DNA of 64,000 nucleotides, taken from an uncultured Candidatus Saccharibacteria bacterium (GTDB lineage Bacteria; Patescibacteriota; UBA1384; XYA2-FULL-43-10; 1-14-0-10-43-13). Shown here piece by piece: positions 27,215 through 37,258 of this stretch (position 1 is the first letter of the stretch; every line of letters starts with the position of its first letter). The stretch is from the NCBI GenBank assembly GCA_964406145.1, contig CAYOQP010000005.1, positions 834 through 64,833 on the forward strand, given 5' to 3'. Under the pieces are notes generated by a model. It saw only the letters and a program-made list of their open reading frames with translations. It made no database searches and was not told the origin of the DNA. The position numbers and the translations under genes are program-made.

Positions 27215-27273
27215 TTTTGCCTTTCTCATCCGGAACGCCCCGGAGACAACAAATTATTTATACGAATATTTCT

Positions 27274-28329
27274 TCACTCATTGGCGGCTTCTTTTTCATT
27301 GTCCAATTTCACTTGTTGAATTTTTGCCAAAATTTTTGCCTTTATCTCTTCAACAATTTTGCTGTTTTTCTTCAAGAATGCTCTAGCACCCTCTTTGCCT
27401 TGACCGAGCTTCTCTCCCTCATATGAAAGCCAGCTGCCAGCTTTCTCGACAACATCAAACTTGACACCAAGGTCCAAAACTTCACCCTCGTAATCTATGC
27501 CTGTGCCATACATAATGTCGAATTCAGCCGTTTTAAAAGGTGGAGCAACTTTATTTTTAACTACTTTGACAACAACGTTGTTGCCGACTGTATCTTCACC
27601 CTTCTTAAGAGCCGCTTTACGACGGATATCAAGTCGAACAGAAGCATAAAATTTTAATGCATTGCCACCAGTCGTGGTCTCGGGGTTGCCAAACACAACA
27701 CCGATCTTCATACGAATCTGGTTGATGAAGATCAGCATTGTTTTAGACTTGGAAACTGCACCGGTTAACTTTCTGAGAGCTTGCGACATGAGTCTAGCCT
27801 GGACACCCATCATTGAATCGCCCATCTCTCCTTCGATCTCAGCTCGTGGAACCAAAGCCGCGACAGAGTCGATAACAATAACATCAAGTGCATTTGAACG
27901 AACTAGGGTCTCGCAAATCTCCAAAGCCTGCTCACCAGTATCTGGCTGAGAAATCAAAAGATTGTCCAGATCTACACCTAAATTCTTGGCATATTCAGGA
28001 TCAAAGGCATGTTCGGCATCAATAAAAGCAGCATTGCCGCCCTTCTTTTGAGCTTGAGCTACAACTGAAATGGCTAGCGTTGTCTTGCCAGATGACTCTG
28101 GTCCAAAAATCTCAATCACCCTGCCACGAGGCAAGCCACCGATACCAAGAGCCAGATCAAGAGAAAGAGATCCGGTCGAAATAGAATCGACATTAAGTGG
28201 AACCGAGTCAGCCAATGTCATGATCGCACCCTTGCCAAACTGTTTTTCTATTGTAAGAAGCGCTGATTTTAGAGCTTCGCTTTTGCCACTATTTATTTTT
28301 GTTTCTTCTGCTTCATTTTTCTTCGCCAT
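27274..28329 (-). CDS. recA: Recombinase A
   Basis: [31 protein letters not shown]. Confidence 0.99.
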   Translation of the reverse strand: MAKKNEAEETKINSGKSEALKSALLTIEKQFGKGAIMTLADSVPLNVDSISTGSLSLDLALGIGGLPRGRVIEIFGPESSGKTTLAISVVAQAQKKGGNAAFIDAEHAFDPEYAKNLGVDLDNLLISQPDTGEQALEICETLVRSNALDVIVIDSVAALVPRAEIEGEMGDSMMGVQARLMSQALRKLTGAVSKSKTMLIFINQIRMKIGVVFGNPETTTGGNALKFYASVRLDIRRKAALKKGEDTVGNNVVVKVVKNKVAPPFKTAEFDIMYGTGIDYEGEVLDLGVKFDVVEKAGSWLSYEGEKLGQGKEGARAFLKKNSKIVEEIKAKILAKIQQVKLDNEKEAANE

Positions 28330-28360
28330 GTTAACCCTTCATTATATGTAAAGCTTAAGA

Positions 28361-29071
28361 TTATTGATTGATTATCGTTTCGTCAATTTTTGCCGTCTTG
28401 GGTTTATATTCGACAGTAATAATTTCGCTTGTTTCTTTTTTGGCCCGATTCATCGCCTTAATCCGAACGACATTTATACCCTTCTGGAGCTTAAGATTGA
28501 TCTCGAAACGTCCGTCTGTAGTCACCGGAACCATTTCGTTGTTTATTGTTAGATAGGTATCATTATCAGTTATACCTCGAACCTCGACTGAATCAGCCTC
28601 AATAACAGAATTATTATTCGGAGTAACTAGCCTGAGATTCGGACTTCCGGCAAAATTAATAATCTGATAAGCGATATAACCAAACATTCCGACTAGAAAC
28701 ATTGAGAAAATCGCATAGCCAATTAGCTTTGGGGTGATCAGAACTTTTTTGTCTGGAAGTAATTTCTTGTATGTAATATCACTGTTTTTTTGTTTGCCAA
28801 CAAAGCTATATTCCTGCCAAAAAATATTCTCAATTTCTTTTTTGTCTAATTCGAGAAAATTAGCATAAGCCAAAACAAAACCGCGAACATAGACAAGTGA
28901 TGGCAGATTTTGCCAATCGCCCTCCTCAAGAGCCTGAAGATATTTAGAGCGGACCTTGCAGGAAACCTCAGCTTCATCCAAAGAAACCTCTCTCTTTAAA
29001 CGAGCAGATTTGAAAATCTCTCCCAAAGATTTGTCAGTTTGAATTTTTCTTTTTTTGAATCCTGATACCAT
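28361..29071 (-). CDS. RodZ-like HTH-TM-Ig-domain protein
   Basis: YLQALEEG..YVRGFV..YA..L HTH, TM helix, Ig-like tail; downstream of ftsK. Confidence 0.85.
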   Translation of the reverse strand: MVSGFKKRKIQTDKSLGEIFKSARLKREVSLDEAEVSCKVRSKYLQALEEGDWQNLPSLVYVRGFVLAYANFLELDKKEIENIFWQEYSFVGKQKNSDITYKKLLPDKKVLITPKLIGYAIFSMFLVGMFGYIAYQIINFAGSPNLRLVTPNNNSVIEADSVEVRGITDNDTYLTINNEMVPVTTDGRFEINLKLQKGINVVRIKAMNRAKKETSEIITVEYKPKTAKIDETIINQ

Positions 29072-31276
29072 TTATGAATAATTATGTTTATCGTTGTCGA
29101 AATTGTTGTTGTCAAAATCGGCTTCGTTATTATAGGGTGAATAACCATTTGAAATCAAAACGTCTCTCGGTCTAGCTCCGTCAGCTGGCCCGATAACACC
29201 ATTCTCTTCCAGAATGTCCAAAAGTCTGGCCGCTCTAGCATAACCGACTTTAAGGCGACGTTGCAAGAGGGATGCAGAACCCTTGCCAGCATTCATGACC
29301 GTCTCGACAGCTTCGTTGTAAAGTTCATCCTCCGATGAACCATCGCCACCGACTCCACCATGACTGCGACTGGCGCCAAAAGACAAAATCGCATCTTCAT
29401 ATTGAGGCGCTGATTTTTCTTTCAAGAATCCAACAACATCTTCGATCTCAGGATCGGAGACAAAACAGCCCTGAACTCTTCTTGGCTTAATACCAGCCGC
29501 CATGAAAAGCATATCGCCAAAGCCGAGTAGTTTTTCCGAACCAGAAACATCAAGAATAGTACGGGAATCGACTTGAGAAGCTGTAGCGAAAGCAATTCTC
29601 GATGCGATATTAGCCTTGATAAGCCCAGTCAAAACATCAACGGATGGTCTCTGGGTTGCAATAACAAGATGTATGCCAGTAGCACGAGCCATCTGGGCAA
29701 TACGGACGATAGAACCCTCAACTTCTTTTGAGCTTGTCGCCATTAAGTCAGCTAACTCGTCAATAATAATGACAATATATGGCATTTTCCCTTCTGGACC
29801 AGGAGCTGAGTTGTAAGCAACAATGTTACGTTTGCCGAGATCTGAAAAAACTTTATAGCGTCTTTCCATCTCCCAAACCGCCCACTTGAGCGCTGAGACA
29901 GTCTTGTCTACCTCTGTGACAACCGGAGTTAATAAATGAGGGATATCATTATAACAAGTAAGCTCTACTCTCTTGGGATCGACAAGGAGCAACCTTAGGT
30001 CACTTGGAGCATTGTTGTAAAGAAGTGAAACAATGATTGAGTTGATACAAACAGATTTACCAGAACCAGTTGAACCAGCAATGAGCAAATGTGGCATTTT
30101 CTCAAGGTCAATTGCGACCGGCTCTCCAGCAACATCACGACCAAGAGGTAAGGCTAGTTTGCTCTTGACGGCCTTAAATTGGCTCGAAAGAAGAATTTCT
30201 CGAAGTGTAACTTTGGCTGATTTTTTGTTTGGTATTTCGACACCAACAGCGTTTTTGCCAGGAATTGGTGCTTCGATTCTAATACTTTTGGCCGAAAGTG
30301 CTAAGGCTAGATCATTCTGGCGAGCAACAATCTGGTTTAATTTAACACCATCATTTGGCTTAAGTGTATACTGAGTTACAGTCGGGCCAACATTAGCATC
30401 GCCCAGAGCAACATCAATACTAAAAGTCCTGAGACACTTCTGAATTGCTTCAGCATTTTTGAAGATGTTGCCAGGATCAGCGACTTCATCAAGCTCTTTA
30501 AGATAGTCAATTGATGGATATTCCCAATCAGTATCTTTTTTGGCGATACCGTTGCCCTGATGGGCCACTTCGATAACTGGGGCCTTGGTTTCTTCCTCAA
30601 ATTTTGTCTTACCCATGCCACTTAGTTTTCGGCGCATCGTCTCAAATACAGAAACTCTAGCTTCGTTCCTGTTGACATTAACTCTGCCCTCTTCGCCACT
30701 ATGATCTTTTTTCTTAATTCCAAGATATTCAAGTAATGAGAAGTCGAAGATCATCAGAAGCGAGATACCAATCATGACGACGCTCAAAAGGAAAGTTGGA
30801 AAAAGTCCTATTGCACTACGCAAGGGGCTAGATATTAAATAGCCAATAATTCCGCCGTTTTGGCCAATCATGCCAGCCTCTTTAGCAATTTCTTCTGGAA
30901 TAAATAAATGAAGAAAAGCTGGAATTGAAAAGATTAATAAAAATAATCCGACAAATTCGGCAAGACGATATTTCTTTTTGGGAACAAGCAATATGATGCC
31001 AACATAGAGGAGAACGAAATCAAAAATATAGGCATCAAATCCACCAAAAAGCTTCTTGATGAGAGAAGCAAAAAACTCGCCCAAAACCCCAGCTTTATCA
31101 ATAAAGCCAAGGAAGAAAGTAACTGAGAGAATTATTACAAAAAGCGAAAAAATTACTCGCCAAGTTTCCGCCTCAAGACCAAGAGACCAATCAAAAACAA
31201 AGTCTCCCCATTCATTCTCCTTTTGATACCACTTTTGTGTTGGTTTTCTCTTCGGATGAATTCTTTTTCTGCCCAT
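29072..31276 (-). CDS. ftsK: DNA translocase FtsK/SpoIIIE
   Basis: N-terminal TM domain, GSTGSGKS, IDELADLM, ATQRPS, LQRRLKVGYARAAR; probable ATG 31276. Confidence 0.97.
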   Translation of the reverse strand: MGRKRIHPKRKPTQKWYQKENEWGDFVFDWSLGLEAETWRVIFSLFVIILSVTFFLGFIDKAGVLGEFFASLIKKLFGGFDAYIFDFVLLYVGIILLVPKKKYRLAEFVGLFLLIFSIPAFLHLFIPEEIAKEAGMIGQNGGIIGYLISSPLRSAIGLFPTFLLSVVMIGISLLMIFDFSLLEYLGIKKKDHSGEEGRVNVNRNEARVSVFETMRRKLSGMGKTKFEEETKAPVIEVAHQGNGIAKKDTDWEYPSIDYLKELDEVADPGNIFKNAEAIQKCLRTFSIDVALGDANVGPTVTQYTLKPNDGVKLNQIVARQNDLALALSAKSIRIEAPIPGKNAVGVEIPNKKSAKVTLREILLSSQFKAVKSKLALPLGRDVAGEPVAIDLEKMPHLLIAGSTGSGKSVCINSIIVSLLYNNAPSDLRLLLVDPKRVELTCYNDIPHLLTPVVTEVDKTVSALKWAVWEMERRYKVFSDLGKRNIVAYNSAPGPEGKMPYIVIIIDELADLMATSSKEVEGSIVRIAQMARATGIHLVIATQRPSVDVLTGLIKANIASRIAFATASQVDSRTILDVSGSEKLLGFGDMLFMAAGIKPRRVQGCFVSDPEIEDVVGFLKEKSAPQYEDAILSFGASRSHGGVGGDGSSEDELYNEAVETVMNAGKGSASLLQRRLKVGYARAARLLDILEENGVIGPADGARPRDVLISNGYSPYNNEADFDNNNFDNDKHNYS

Positions 31277-31369
31277 TAATCTCCCTCCAGAATGGAGCTC
31301 AACATTAAATTGGAATGTCAGTGCATTCTCGTTAGAATTATTATAATTCAATCAAGGGCTTGATGCAAC

Positions 31370-31401
31370 AAAAAAGCCCCCTTTTACAAGGGGGCTTTTT
31401 T
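31370..31401 (-). terminator. rnj terminator
   Basis: AAAAAAGCCCC..GGGGCTTTTTT. Confidence 0.85.
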
Positions 31402-31402
31402 C

Positions 31403-33268
31403 TTAGACCTCGATCACTACTGGGATAACCATTGGCTTTCTCTCTGTCTCTTTGAAGAGAAAATCACCTAGCTCATCTCGAAGCTTTTGTTTGACCATAG
31501 TCCAGTCAACTTTAGGAGAATTTTTATCTTTAGAACCATACTTTGCAAATATTTTCTTAACCTCAGCTCGAGCTTTGTGGACCAACTCTTCGCTCTCTCG
31601 CATATAAATAAATCCACGAGAAATGATGTCCGGAGAAGTTAGTATCTGATTAGTCTGATGATCAACAGTAACAATAACAACAAAGATACCTTCCTGGGCC
31701 ATCGCTTTGCGGTCTCGCAAAACAATATTGCCAACGTCGCCGATACCAAGACCATCAACCATGACATAAGCGGCCGGAATACGTTTGTTTGTGACTTCGC
31801 CCTTGCCCTTGCTAAATTCCATAATCTGACCGTCGTCGCCAACAAGACAGTGATCCTCGTCGACTATGCCCATTTCTCTAGCGATTCGGCAGTGAAGCAT
31901 AAGCTTATGACGTTGACCATGGACAGGGATAAGATACTGCGGGCGGATTAAAGCAAGCATAAGCTTGATATCTTCTTGATTGGCATGTCCCGAAGTATGA
32001 ACATCCATAAGTTTCTGATAGACAACTTGAGCACCAGCTCGAAAAAGATTGTCCATCAAGTTGGAAACAGAACGCTCGTTGCCTGGAATCGGTGACGATG
32101 AAAGTATAACGAAGTCACCTCTCTTCATCTTAACCTGACGATGTTCACCGTTGGCTATTCTAGTGAGAGCGGCATTATCCTCACCCTGTGAACCAGTACA
32201 GACGATGACAATTTTATCATCAGGATATTTGTTGAGATCTTTGGCATCAATAATTGTATCTCTCGGCACAATCAATGCTTCTAGAGAAATCGCGATTTCA
32301 ACCGTTGTCAGCATACTGCGACCAATGAAACAAACTTTGCGATTTAATTTGTGTGAAACGTTTAAGACCTGCTGAATACGAGAGATAAGAGTCGAAAAAG
32401 TCGAAACAAAGATTCGATTATTAGCATTCTCCATAATCGACATCAAGGACTCTTCAATCTCTTTCTCCGATACAGAAACACCTGGCTTCTCGATATTGGT
32501 CGAGTCGGAAAGCAAAGCTAGCGGCTTTCTAGCGCCAATTGCGGCGATAGCCGAGAAATCGGCTGGCTTCTTGTCGGCCGGAGTATGATCAAATTTGTAG
32601 TCACCAGTCAGAACAATGATGCCTTCTGGCGTCTCGACAACAATGCCCATAGACTGAGGAATACTGTGAGTTAGTCTGAATGTTGAGACCTTAAATACTC
32701 CGAGCTGAACAATGTCTTCGCCAATCTTCATTGGGGCAAGCTTAGCCGACTTATCAAGACCAAACTCTTCTAATTTGCTTTTGATAATGCCAAGACTTAA
32801 TGGTGAACCATATATTGTTGGGGCACCAATACGCTCATAGACATAAGGAATGGCACCGATGTGATCCAAGTGACCATGAGTGATCAAAAGACCACGAATT
32901 TTGGATTTGTTTTGTTCGAGATATGTGACATCAGGAATAACATAATCAACGCCTGGCATTGTCTCGTCTGGAAACATGAATCCCATGTCGACAACAATAA
33001 TGTCGTTTTTGTATTCGATGATAGTGCAGTTTTTACCACCAGTCTCTTCAACACCACCGAGCGGGATAATTTTTAATTTTGGTTCATAAAAAAACTTAGA
33101 TCTATAGTTGGGATCTACTTGTTGAGCCGTATATCTTGGCTCACTTGAAGTCATGTTTTTATGAGTTTTTTGTGGGAATCTAGCCTCAACACCGTCGTTT
33201 TTTAATGCGGTTTCGAGCTTGTTGGCTCTATCTGAGACTTCCCCTTGTTTTTTTTCTTTTTCGTTCAT
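31403..33268 (-). CDS. rnj: Ribonuclease J
   Basis: PLGGVEE, THGHLDHIG, TGSQGE, HTSGHA, PVHG. Confidence 0.97.
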   Translation of the reverse strand: MNEKEKKQGEVSDRANKLETALKNDGVEARFPQKTHKNMTSSEPRYTAQQVDPNYRSKFFYEPKLKIIPLGGVEETGGKNCTIIEYKNDIIVVDMGFMFPDETMPGVDYVIPDVTYLEQNKSKIRGLLITHGHLDHIGAIPYVYERIGAPTIYGSPLSLGIIKSKLEEFGLDKSAKLAPMKIGEDIVQLGVFKVSTFRLTHSIPQSMGIVVETPEGIIVLTGDYKFDHTPADKKPADFSAIAAIGARKPLALLSDSTNIEKPGVSVSEKEIEESLMSIMENANNRIFVSTFSTLISRIQQVLNVSHKLNRKVCFIGRSMLTTVEIAISLEALIVPRDTIIDAKDLNKYPDDKIVIVCTGSQGEDNAALTRIANGEHRQVKMKRGDFVILSSSPIPGNERSVSNLMDNLFRAGAQVVYQKLMDVHTSGHANQEDIKLMLALIRPQYLIPVHGQRHKLMLHCRIAREMGIVDEDHCLVGDDGQIMEFSKGKGEVTNKRIPAAYVMVDGLGIGDVGNIVLRDRKAMAQEGIFVVIVTVDHQTNQILTSPDIISRGFIYMRESEELVHKARAEVKKIFAKYGSKDKNSPKVDWTMVKQKLRDELGDFLFKETERKPMVIPVVIEV

Positions 33269-33323
33269 TTAAAGTTTTGCTTTATCTGATTGCTAACCAA
33301 TAAAGCACCTTTTCTAATAATAA

Positions 33324-33959
33324 TTAAATTAATTTTTCTTGTTTAAATTGATCTTGTTCATCTTCTTTTTTGTTTTTGTTCTCTTCCTCGATCTTTTTTA
33401 ATATTCCAGTAATTTTTGAGAAATCATCTATTAAGGTCTGCCTTAAGCCACCATTGTGAAGCGCGGCGGCGGGATGATAAAGCGGCAAATAGACAATACC
33501 ATTGGGACGCTTCAAGGCCTTACCATGAATCTGAGAGATACTTGGCTGACCAGGAAGAAGTGAGGCAGCAGCATGACGACCAAGACAAACAATAATCTCA
33601 GGCGAAATCAGAGCAATTTGTTTCTCCAGATATGGTCGGCAAGCTACTTTTTCGTCATCCTCGGGATCACGATTTTCTGGCGGACGACACTTAACAACAT
33701 TAGTAATAAATACTTTGGAACGGTCTAGTCCGATGGAAACGAGCATTTCGTCGAGAAATTTACCGGCGGCGCCACAGAAAGGAATTCCCTTTTCGTCTTC
33801 ATTGGCTCCTGGGGCCTCGCCGATAAACATAATCTTGGTTTCGTAATCACCCACTCCAGGAACAGCGTTTTTCCTGGTTTTGGTAAGCTTACAACCAGAA
33901 CAATCTCGAACATATTGTCCGATATTATCGAGCTCAATCTTTTTCGATGATGCATCCAT
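33324..33959 (-). CDS. Uracil-DNA glycosylase family 4
   Basis: CSGC, GEAPG, KCRPPENR, YHPAAAL; probable ATG 33959. Confidence 0.95.
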   Translation of the reverse strand: MDASSKKIELDNIGQYVRDCSGCKLTKTRKNAVPGVGDYETKIMFIGEAPGANEDEKGIPFCGAAGKFLDEMLVSIGLDRSKVFITNVVKCRPPENRDPEDDEKVACRPYLEKQIALISPEIIVCLGRHAAASLLPGQPSISQIHGKALKRPNGIVYLPLYHPAAALHNGGLRQTLIDDFSKITGILKKIEEENKNKKEDEQDQFKQEKLI

Positions 33960-34024
33960 AGAAATCAAAAAGTATAAACCAAAAATCAATAAATAGCTGA
34001 GTCCATCCCCTAGATGTTGAGTAA

Positions 34025-34053
34025 AATATAACAAGTAACAAACATTTTGTCAA
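34025..34053 (-). promoter_or_regulatory. Promoter of the udg-rnj unit
   Basis: TTGACA-17 bp-TATATT. Confidence 0.7.
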
Positions 34054-34077
34054 TGAAGACTCTGCAATATTCTTGAA

Positions 34078-34232
34078 GTTCTTTGATGATTTTGAACAAA
34101 CAGCTAACTTTTTCCTTAAGATCTCGAAGTGCTTACAAGTGGCAAATTATATTGCCAGGAATTATGTAGGATTGAAAATCCGCCCGATTCGGGCCAGATA
34201 AATTAGCTTGTTTGTGCAGAAGCACAAGACAT
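34078..34232 (+). ncRNA. Candidate 6S-like RNA
   Basis: Closing stem ACAAACAGCTAA (34096-34107) / TTAGCTTGTTTGT (34203-34215), central bubble, apical hairpin TGGCAA..TTGCCA, small 3' hairpin GCCCG-ATT-CGGGC; G-U pairs favour the plus strand. Confidence 0.5.
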
Positions 34233-34235
34233 GAG

Positions 34236-34380
34236 TTGACTAATATATTGGATGACCTGCCTGCCGTTACCTGTCTGCCGATAGGTAGAGGCAGGGATTA
34301 GAGATCTTGCAAAAGTTGCAAATAAACCAGTCAAATACTTAAAACTCGGGCACAAGATAATTGAGTACAAATATTAAGTA
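34236..34380 (-). ncRNA. Candidate structured small RNA
   Basis: Strong promoter just upstream; two long stems with minus-strand G-U pairs; no ORF of 60 aa or more. Confidence 0.4.
34256..34295. repeat. Nested REP-like palindrome
   Basis: CCTGCCTGCCG-[TTACCTGTCTGCCGATAGGTAG]-AGGCAGG. Confidence 0.7.
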
Positions 34381-34385
34381 TCCTT

Positions 34386-34414
34386 ACTATATCAGAGTAT
34401 TTATAATTTGTCAA
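34386..34414 (-). promoter_or_regulatory. Strong sigma70 promoter pointing into non-coding DNA
   Basis: TTGACA-17 bp-TATAGT with extended -10 TG. Confidence 0.75.
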
Positions 34415-34425
34415 TAGATGAATAT

Positions 34426-34449
34426 AAAAATCCGGTTTCCCGGATTTTT
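34426..34449 (-). terminator. pnp terminator
   Basis: AAAAATCCGG-TTTC-CCGGATTTTT. Confidence 0.85.
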
Positions 34450-34474
34450 ATATGAGCACCTATTTGTAAGAATA

Positions 34475-36628
34475 TTATTCCTTGGTTCGTTCCTGACCAT
34501 TATCAAGCATGGCTTTGATCGAAAGAGAGATGCGACCTTTCATCGGATCAACCTCGATAACTTTAACAGTCACAGTTTGTCCGACTTTCAATTTATCGGA
34601 AACTTTCTCAACTCTTTCATTAGCAATTTGAGAAATATGTATCATTCCGTCCTGTTTTGGCGAAATTGCCATGATAGCACCGATCTCTTTGCCAGTCATA
34701 CGATCTTTCTTGATGTCGATGATCTCGCCGGTGATGATCTCGCCGACTTTAATCTCTCGCATCATTGATTTGATGATCGCAATAGCTTTATCGCCCATTT
34801 CTGGATCAATCGATGAAACCATGACTGTACCATCATCTTCAATATCTATCGAGATAATCTCTTTACCGCCACAATCTTCAACGATTTTCTTAACATTTTT
34901 ACCACCTGGTCCGATCAATTCACCAATTTTGTCTGGATTGATCTTAACAGCTTCAATACGTGGAGCATATTTGGAAAGCTCTGCCTTCGGCGCAGGAATA
35001 ATGGCCAGCATTGCTTCCAATATTTCGGCTCTGCCCTTCTTGGCCTGAGCCAAAGTATCTCTAATAATGTCAAATGTTAAGCCTTCGATCTTTGTATCCA
35101 TCTGAATAGCAGTAACACCATCAGCAGTACCAGCAACCTTAAAGTCCATGTCTCCTGCAAAGTCTTCAAGACCCTGAAGATCAGAAAGAACTCTATATTT
35201 TGAGCAATCTTCGCTAGTGACAAGACCCATGGCAATACCAGAAACTGGCTTCTTAATCGGAACACCAGCATCCATCAGAGCTAAAGTCGAGCCACAAGTT
35301 GCAGCCATCGAGCTTGAGCCGTTGGAGCTTAAAATCTCAGAAACAAGACGGATGGTATATGGGAATGAATCAGGATCTGGAATCATTGGCTTTAAGGCTT
35401 TCTCAGCGAGATAGCCATGACCGATTTCACGTCTGCCAACTCCTCGGACAGGACGAACTTCGCCAGTAGAATAAGGTGGAAAATTATAGTGATGCATGAA
35501 ACGCTTGGTTGATTCCCCTTCCATTGTATCTATCAACTGCTCCATTCCAGGAGAAGCAAGAGTAGCAATAGTGAGCGCCTGAGTCTGGCCGCGAGTAAAG
35601 AGAGCTGAGCCATGTGGTCGAGGCAAAAGACCAACCTCGATATTGAGTGGTCTGATCTCTTCCATCTCTCGACCATCAGGTCTAATACCATCTTCAAGAA
35701 TAATGCGACGAATCTCTTTTTCGACAATCTTGGCAAAAGCCGTTCTGATATCGACTTGCTTGTAATTGCCCTCAAGAGACGAAAGAACTTCGTCTTCGTA
35801 AGCCTTAAGCTTAGCTTCGCGAGCGGTCTTATCAAGCTCAGCAAGTGCATCTTTGATCTTATCGGCAACTAGATTGTAAACCTCAGCATGGACGCCAACG
35901 ACCTTGTCGGCTGACTCGGCAACTTCACGAGCATGGTCTTCAGCAATTTTGTGTTGAATTTCGATGATTGGCTGCATTGCGGCATGACCAAATTTGATTG
36001 CCTCAAAGATCTTCTCTTCAGAAACCTCATTGGCCTCCGTCTCAATCATCATGACTCTTTCGGATGTTGCGGCGAAGCTCAAATTTAGTGAAGACTCTTT
36101 TTCATTATCTTCGTTGAGATTTAAGACAAACTCGTCATTAATAAGTCCGACATTAACAGCGGCGATCGGACCCTTGAAAGGAGCGTTGGTTTGCATCAAA
36201 GCGGAAGATGCGGCGATAGTGCCCAAGATGTCGAGACTGATTGAGCCATCATATGATAGAGCCGTGATAATGATCTGGACGTCGTTGCGATAGCTCTTTG
36301 GGAAAAGTGGTCTGATCGGACGATCAATCTTTCGACCAGATAGAATTGCTGAGTCAGAAGGTCGACCTTCTCTTTTAATAAAACGGCTACCAGAAATCTT
36401 GCCGGCAGCATAAAATCTCTCTTCGAATTCAACCATCAATGGGAAAAAGTCTGTGCCCTCTTTTGGCTCTGCAGCCAAACAAACAGTCGCCAAGACAACA
36501 GTGTCCTCATACTTCGCGACGATCGAACCATTGGCCAGACCAGCTAATTTGCCAGTCTCAAGTGTTAGTTTTTTACCACCGAAAAGAACCTCGTAGGAAC
36601 GGGTCTGGAATTCAAGTTTCTTCACCAT
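34475..36628 (-). CDS. pnp: Polyribonucleotide nucleotidyltransferase
   Basis: FIKREGRP, RREIGHG, SNGSSSMA, GDMDFKVAG, KH and S1 domains. Confidence 0.98.
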   Translation of the reverse strand: MVKKLEFQTRSYEVLFGGKKLTLETGKLAGLANGSIVAKYEDTVVLATVCLAAEPKEGTDFFPLMVEFEERFYAAGKISGSRFIKREGRPSDSAILSGRKIDRPIRPLFPKSYRNDVQIIITALSYDGSISLDILGTIAASSALMQTNAPFKGPIAAVNVGLINDEFVLNLNEDNEKESSLNLSFAATSERVMMIETEANEVSEEKIFEAIKFGHAAMQPIIEIQHKIAEDHAREVAESADKVVGVHAEVYNLVADKIKDALAELDKTAREAKLKAYEDEVLSSLEGNYKQVDIRTAFAKIVEKEIRRIILEDGIRPDGREMEEIRPLNIEVGLLPRPHGSALFTRGQTQALTIATLASPGMEQLIDTMEGESTKRFMHHYNFPPYSTGEVRPVRGVGRREIGHGYLAEKALKPMIPDPDSFPYTIRLVSEILSSNGSSSMAATCGSTLALMDAGVPIKKPVSGIAMGLVTSEDCSKYRVLSDLQGLEDFAGDMDFKVAGTADGVTAIQMDTKIEGLTFDIIRDTLAQAKKGRAEILEAMLAIIPAPKAELSKYAPRIEAVKINPDKIGELIGPGGKNVKKIVEDCGGKEIISIDIEDDGTVMVSSIDPEMGDKAIAIIKSMMREIKVGEIITGEIIDIKKDRMTGKEIGAIMAISPKQDGMIHISQIANERVEKVSDKLKVGQTVTVKVIEVDPMKGRISLSIKAMLDNGQERTKE

Positions 36629-36645
36629 AACAACCTTTCTTTATG

Positions 36646-36724
36646 GCGCCGGAGTGCTAAGAAGCGGAAAGAATAAATAGAATTTATTTACTCTTCTCGC
36701 TCCTCTCAAACTTCTCCGAAGCGC
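36646..36724 (-). promoter_or_regulatory. Long hairpin in the pnp leader (candidate RNase III site)
   Basis: GCGC-CGGAG..CTCCG-AAGCGC closes an inner stem; same rpsO-pnp position as the E. coli autoregulatory stem. Confidence 0.55.
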
Positions 36725-36778
36725 GTTTTTTTATTAAGTTACAAAGCGTGAGCCAAGATTGGCACACGGCTTTGCAAC

Positions 36779-37057
36779 TTATCTCTTGAGGCCAAGGTCC
36801 GATACAACTTTGCTGTATTTTTCCTCTTCAGTCTTTTTAAGATAGTTGAGCAATCTTCTTCTTTTGCCAACCATCATCAAAAGTCCTCTTCGAGAATCAA
36901 AATCTTTCTTGTGATCCTTCAAATGCTTCGTTAGATCAGAGATTTTCTTGGTCAAAATTGCAACCTGAACTTCGGTTGAGCCAGTATCGTTTTTGTGAGA
37001 CTGATACTTTTTAACCAAGTCCTCTTTCTCTACTTTCGCCGTTTTCTTCTCTACCAT
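36779..37057 (-). CDS. rpsO: 30S ribosomal protein S15
   Basis: DTGSTEVQVAILT, HKKDFDSRRGL, RRLLNYL. Confidence 0.98.
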   Translation of the reverse strand: MVEKKTAKVEKEDLVKKYQSHKNDTGSTEVQVAILTKKISDLTKHLKDHKKDFDSRRGLLMMVGKRRRLLNYLKKTEEEKYSKVVSDLGLKR

Positions 37058-37067
37058 TTTACCTTTC

Positions 37068-37200
37068 AGCCGGTAAACTGCAGCTACGCTGCAAGTTGAA
37101 AGTGAAAAGTTGAAAGTGAAAAGCAGGATTATTCCTTTAACTTTATAACTTTACGAACTTTATAACTTTGAACTTGTGCGTGCCACGCACCGGTTTCTCC
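37068..37200 (-). promoter_or_regulatory. Structured rpsO leader containing a tandem-repeat hairpin
   Basis: CCGGT/ACCGG closing stem, hairpins GTGCGT..ACGCAC and TGCAGC..GCTGCA, AAGTTGAAAGTGAA x2 facing AACTTTATAACTTT x2. Confidence 0.6.
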
Positions 37201-37258
37201 CCTTATTAATATTCTCATCTAGTTATAACCTAAAATGATCTTAAAATCAATCCTTCAC

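Noticed and set aside
34060-34410. RNase P RNA, tmRNA or SRP RNA in the udg-pnp spacer
   Set aside because: Hallmark motifs (GAGGAAAGTCC, tRNA-like ends, SRP GGAA-loop helix) were not found on either strand.
36652-36660. GAGTGCTAA, CIRCE right half-site
   Set aside because: No TTAGCACTC half 9 bp upstream, and it lies in the pnp leader hairpin.
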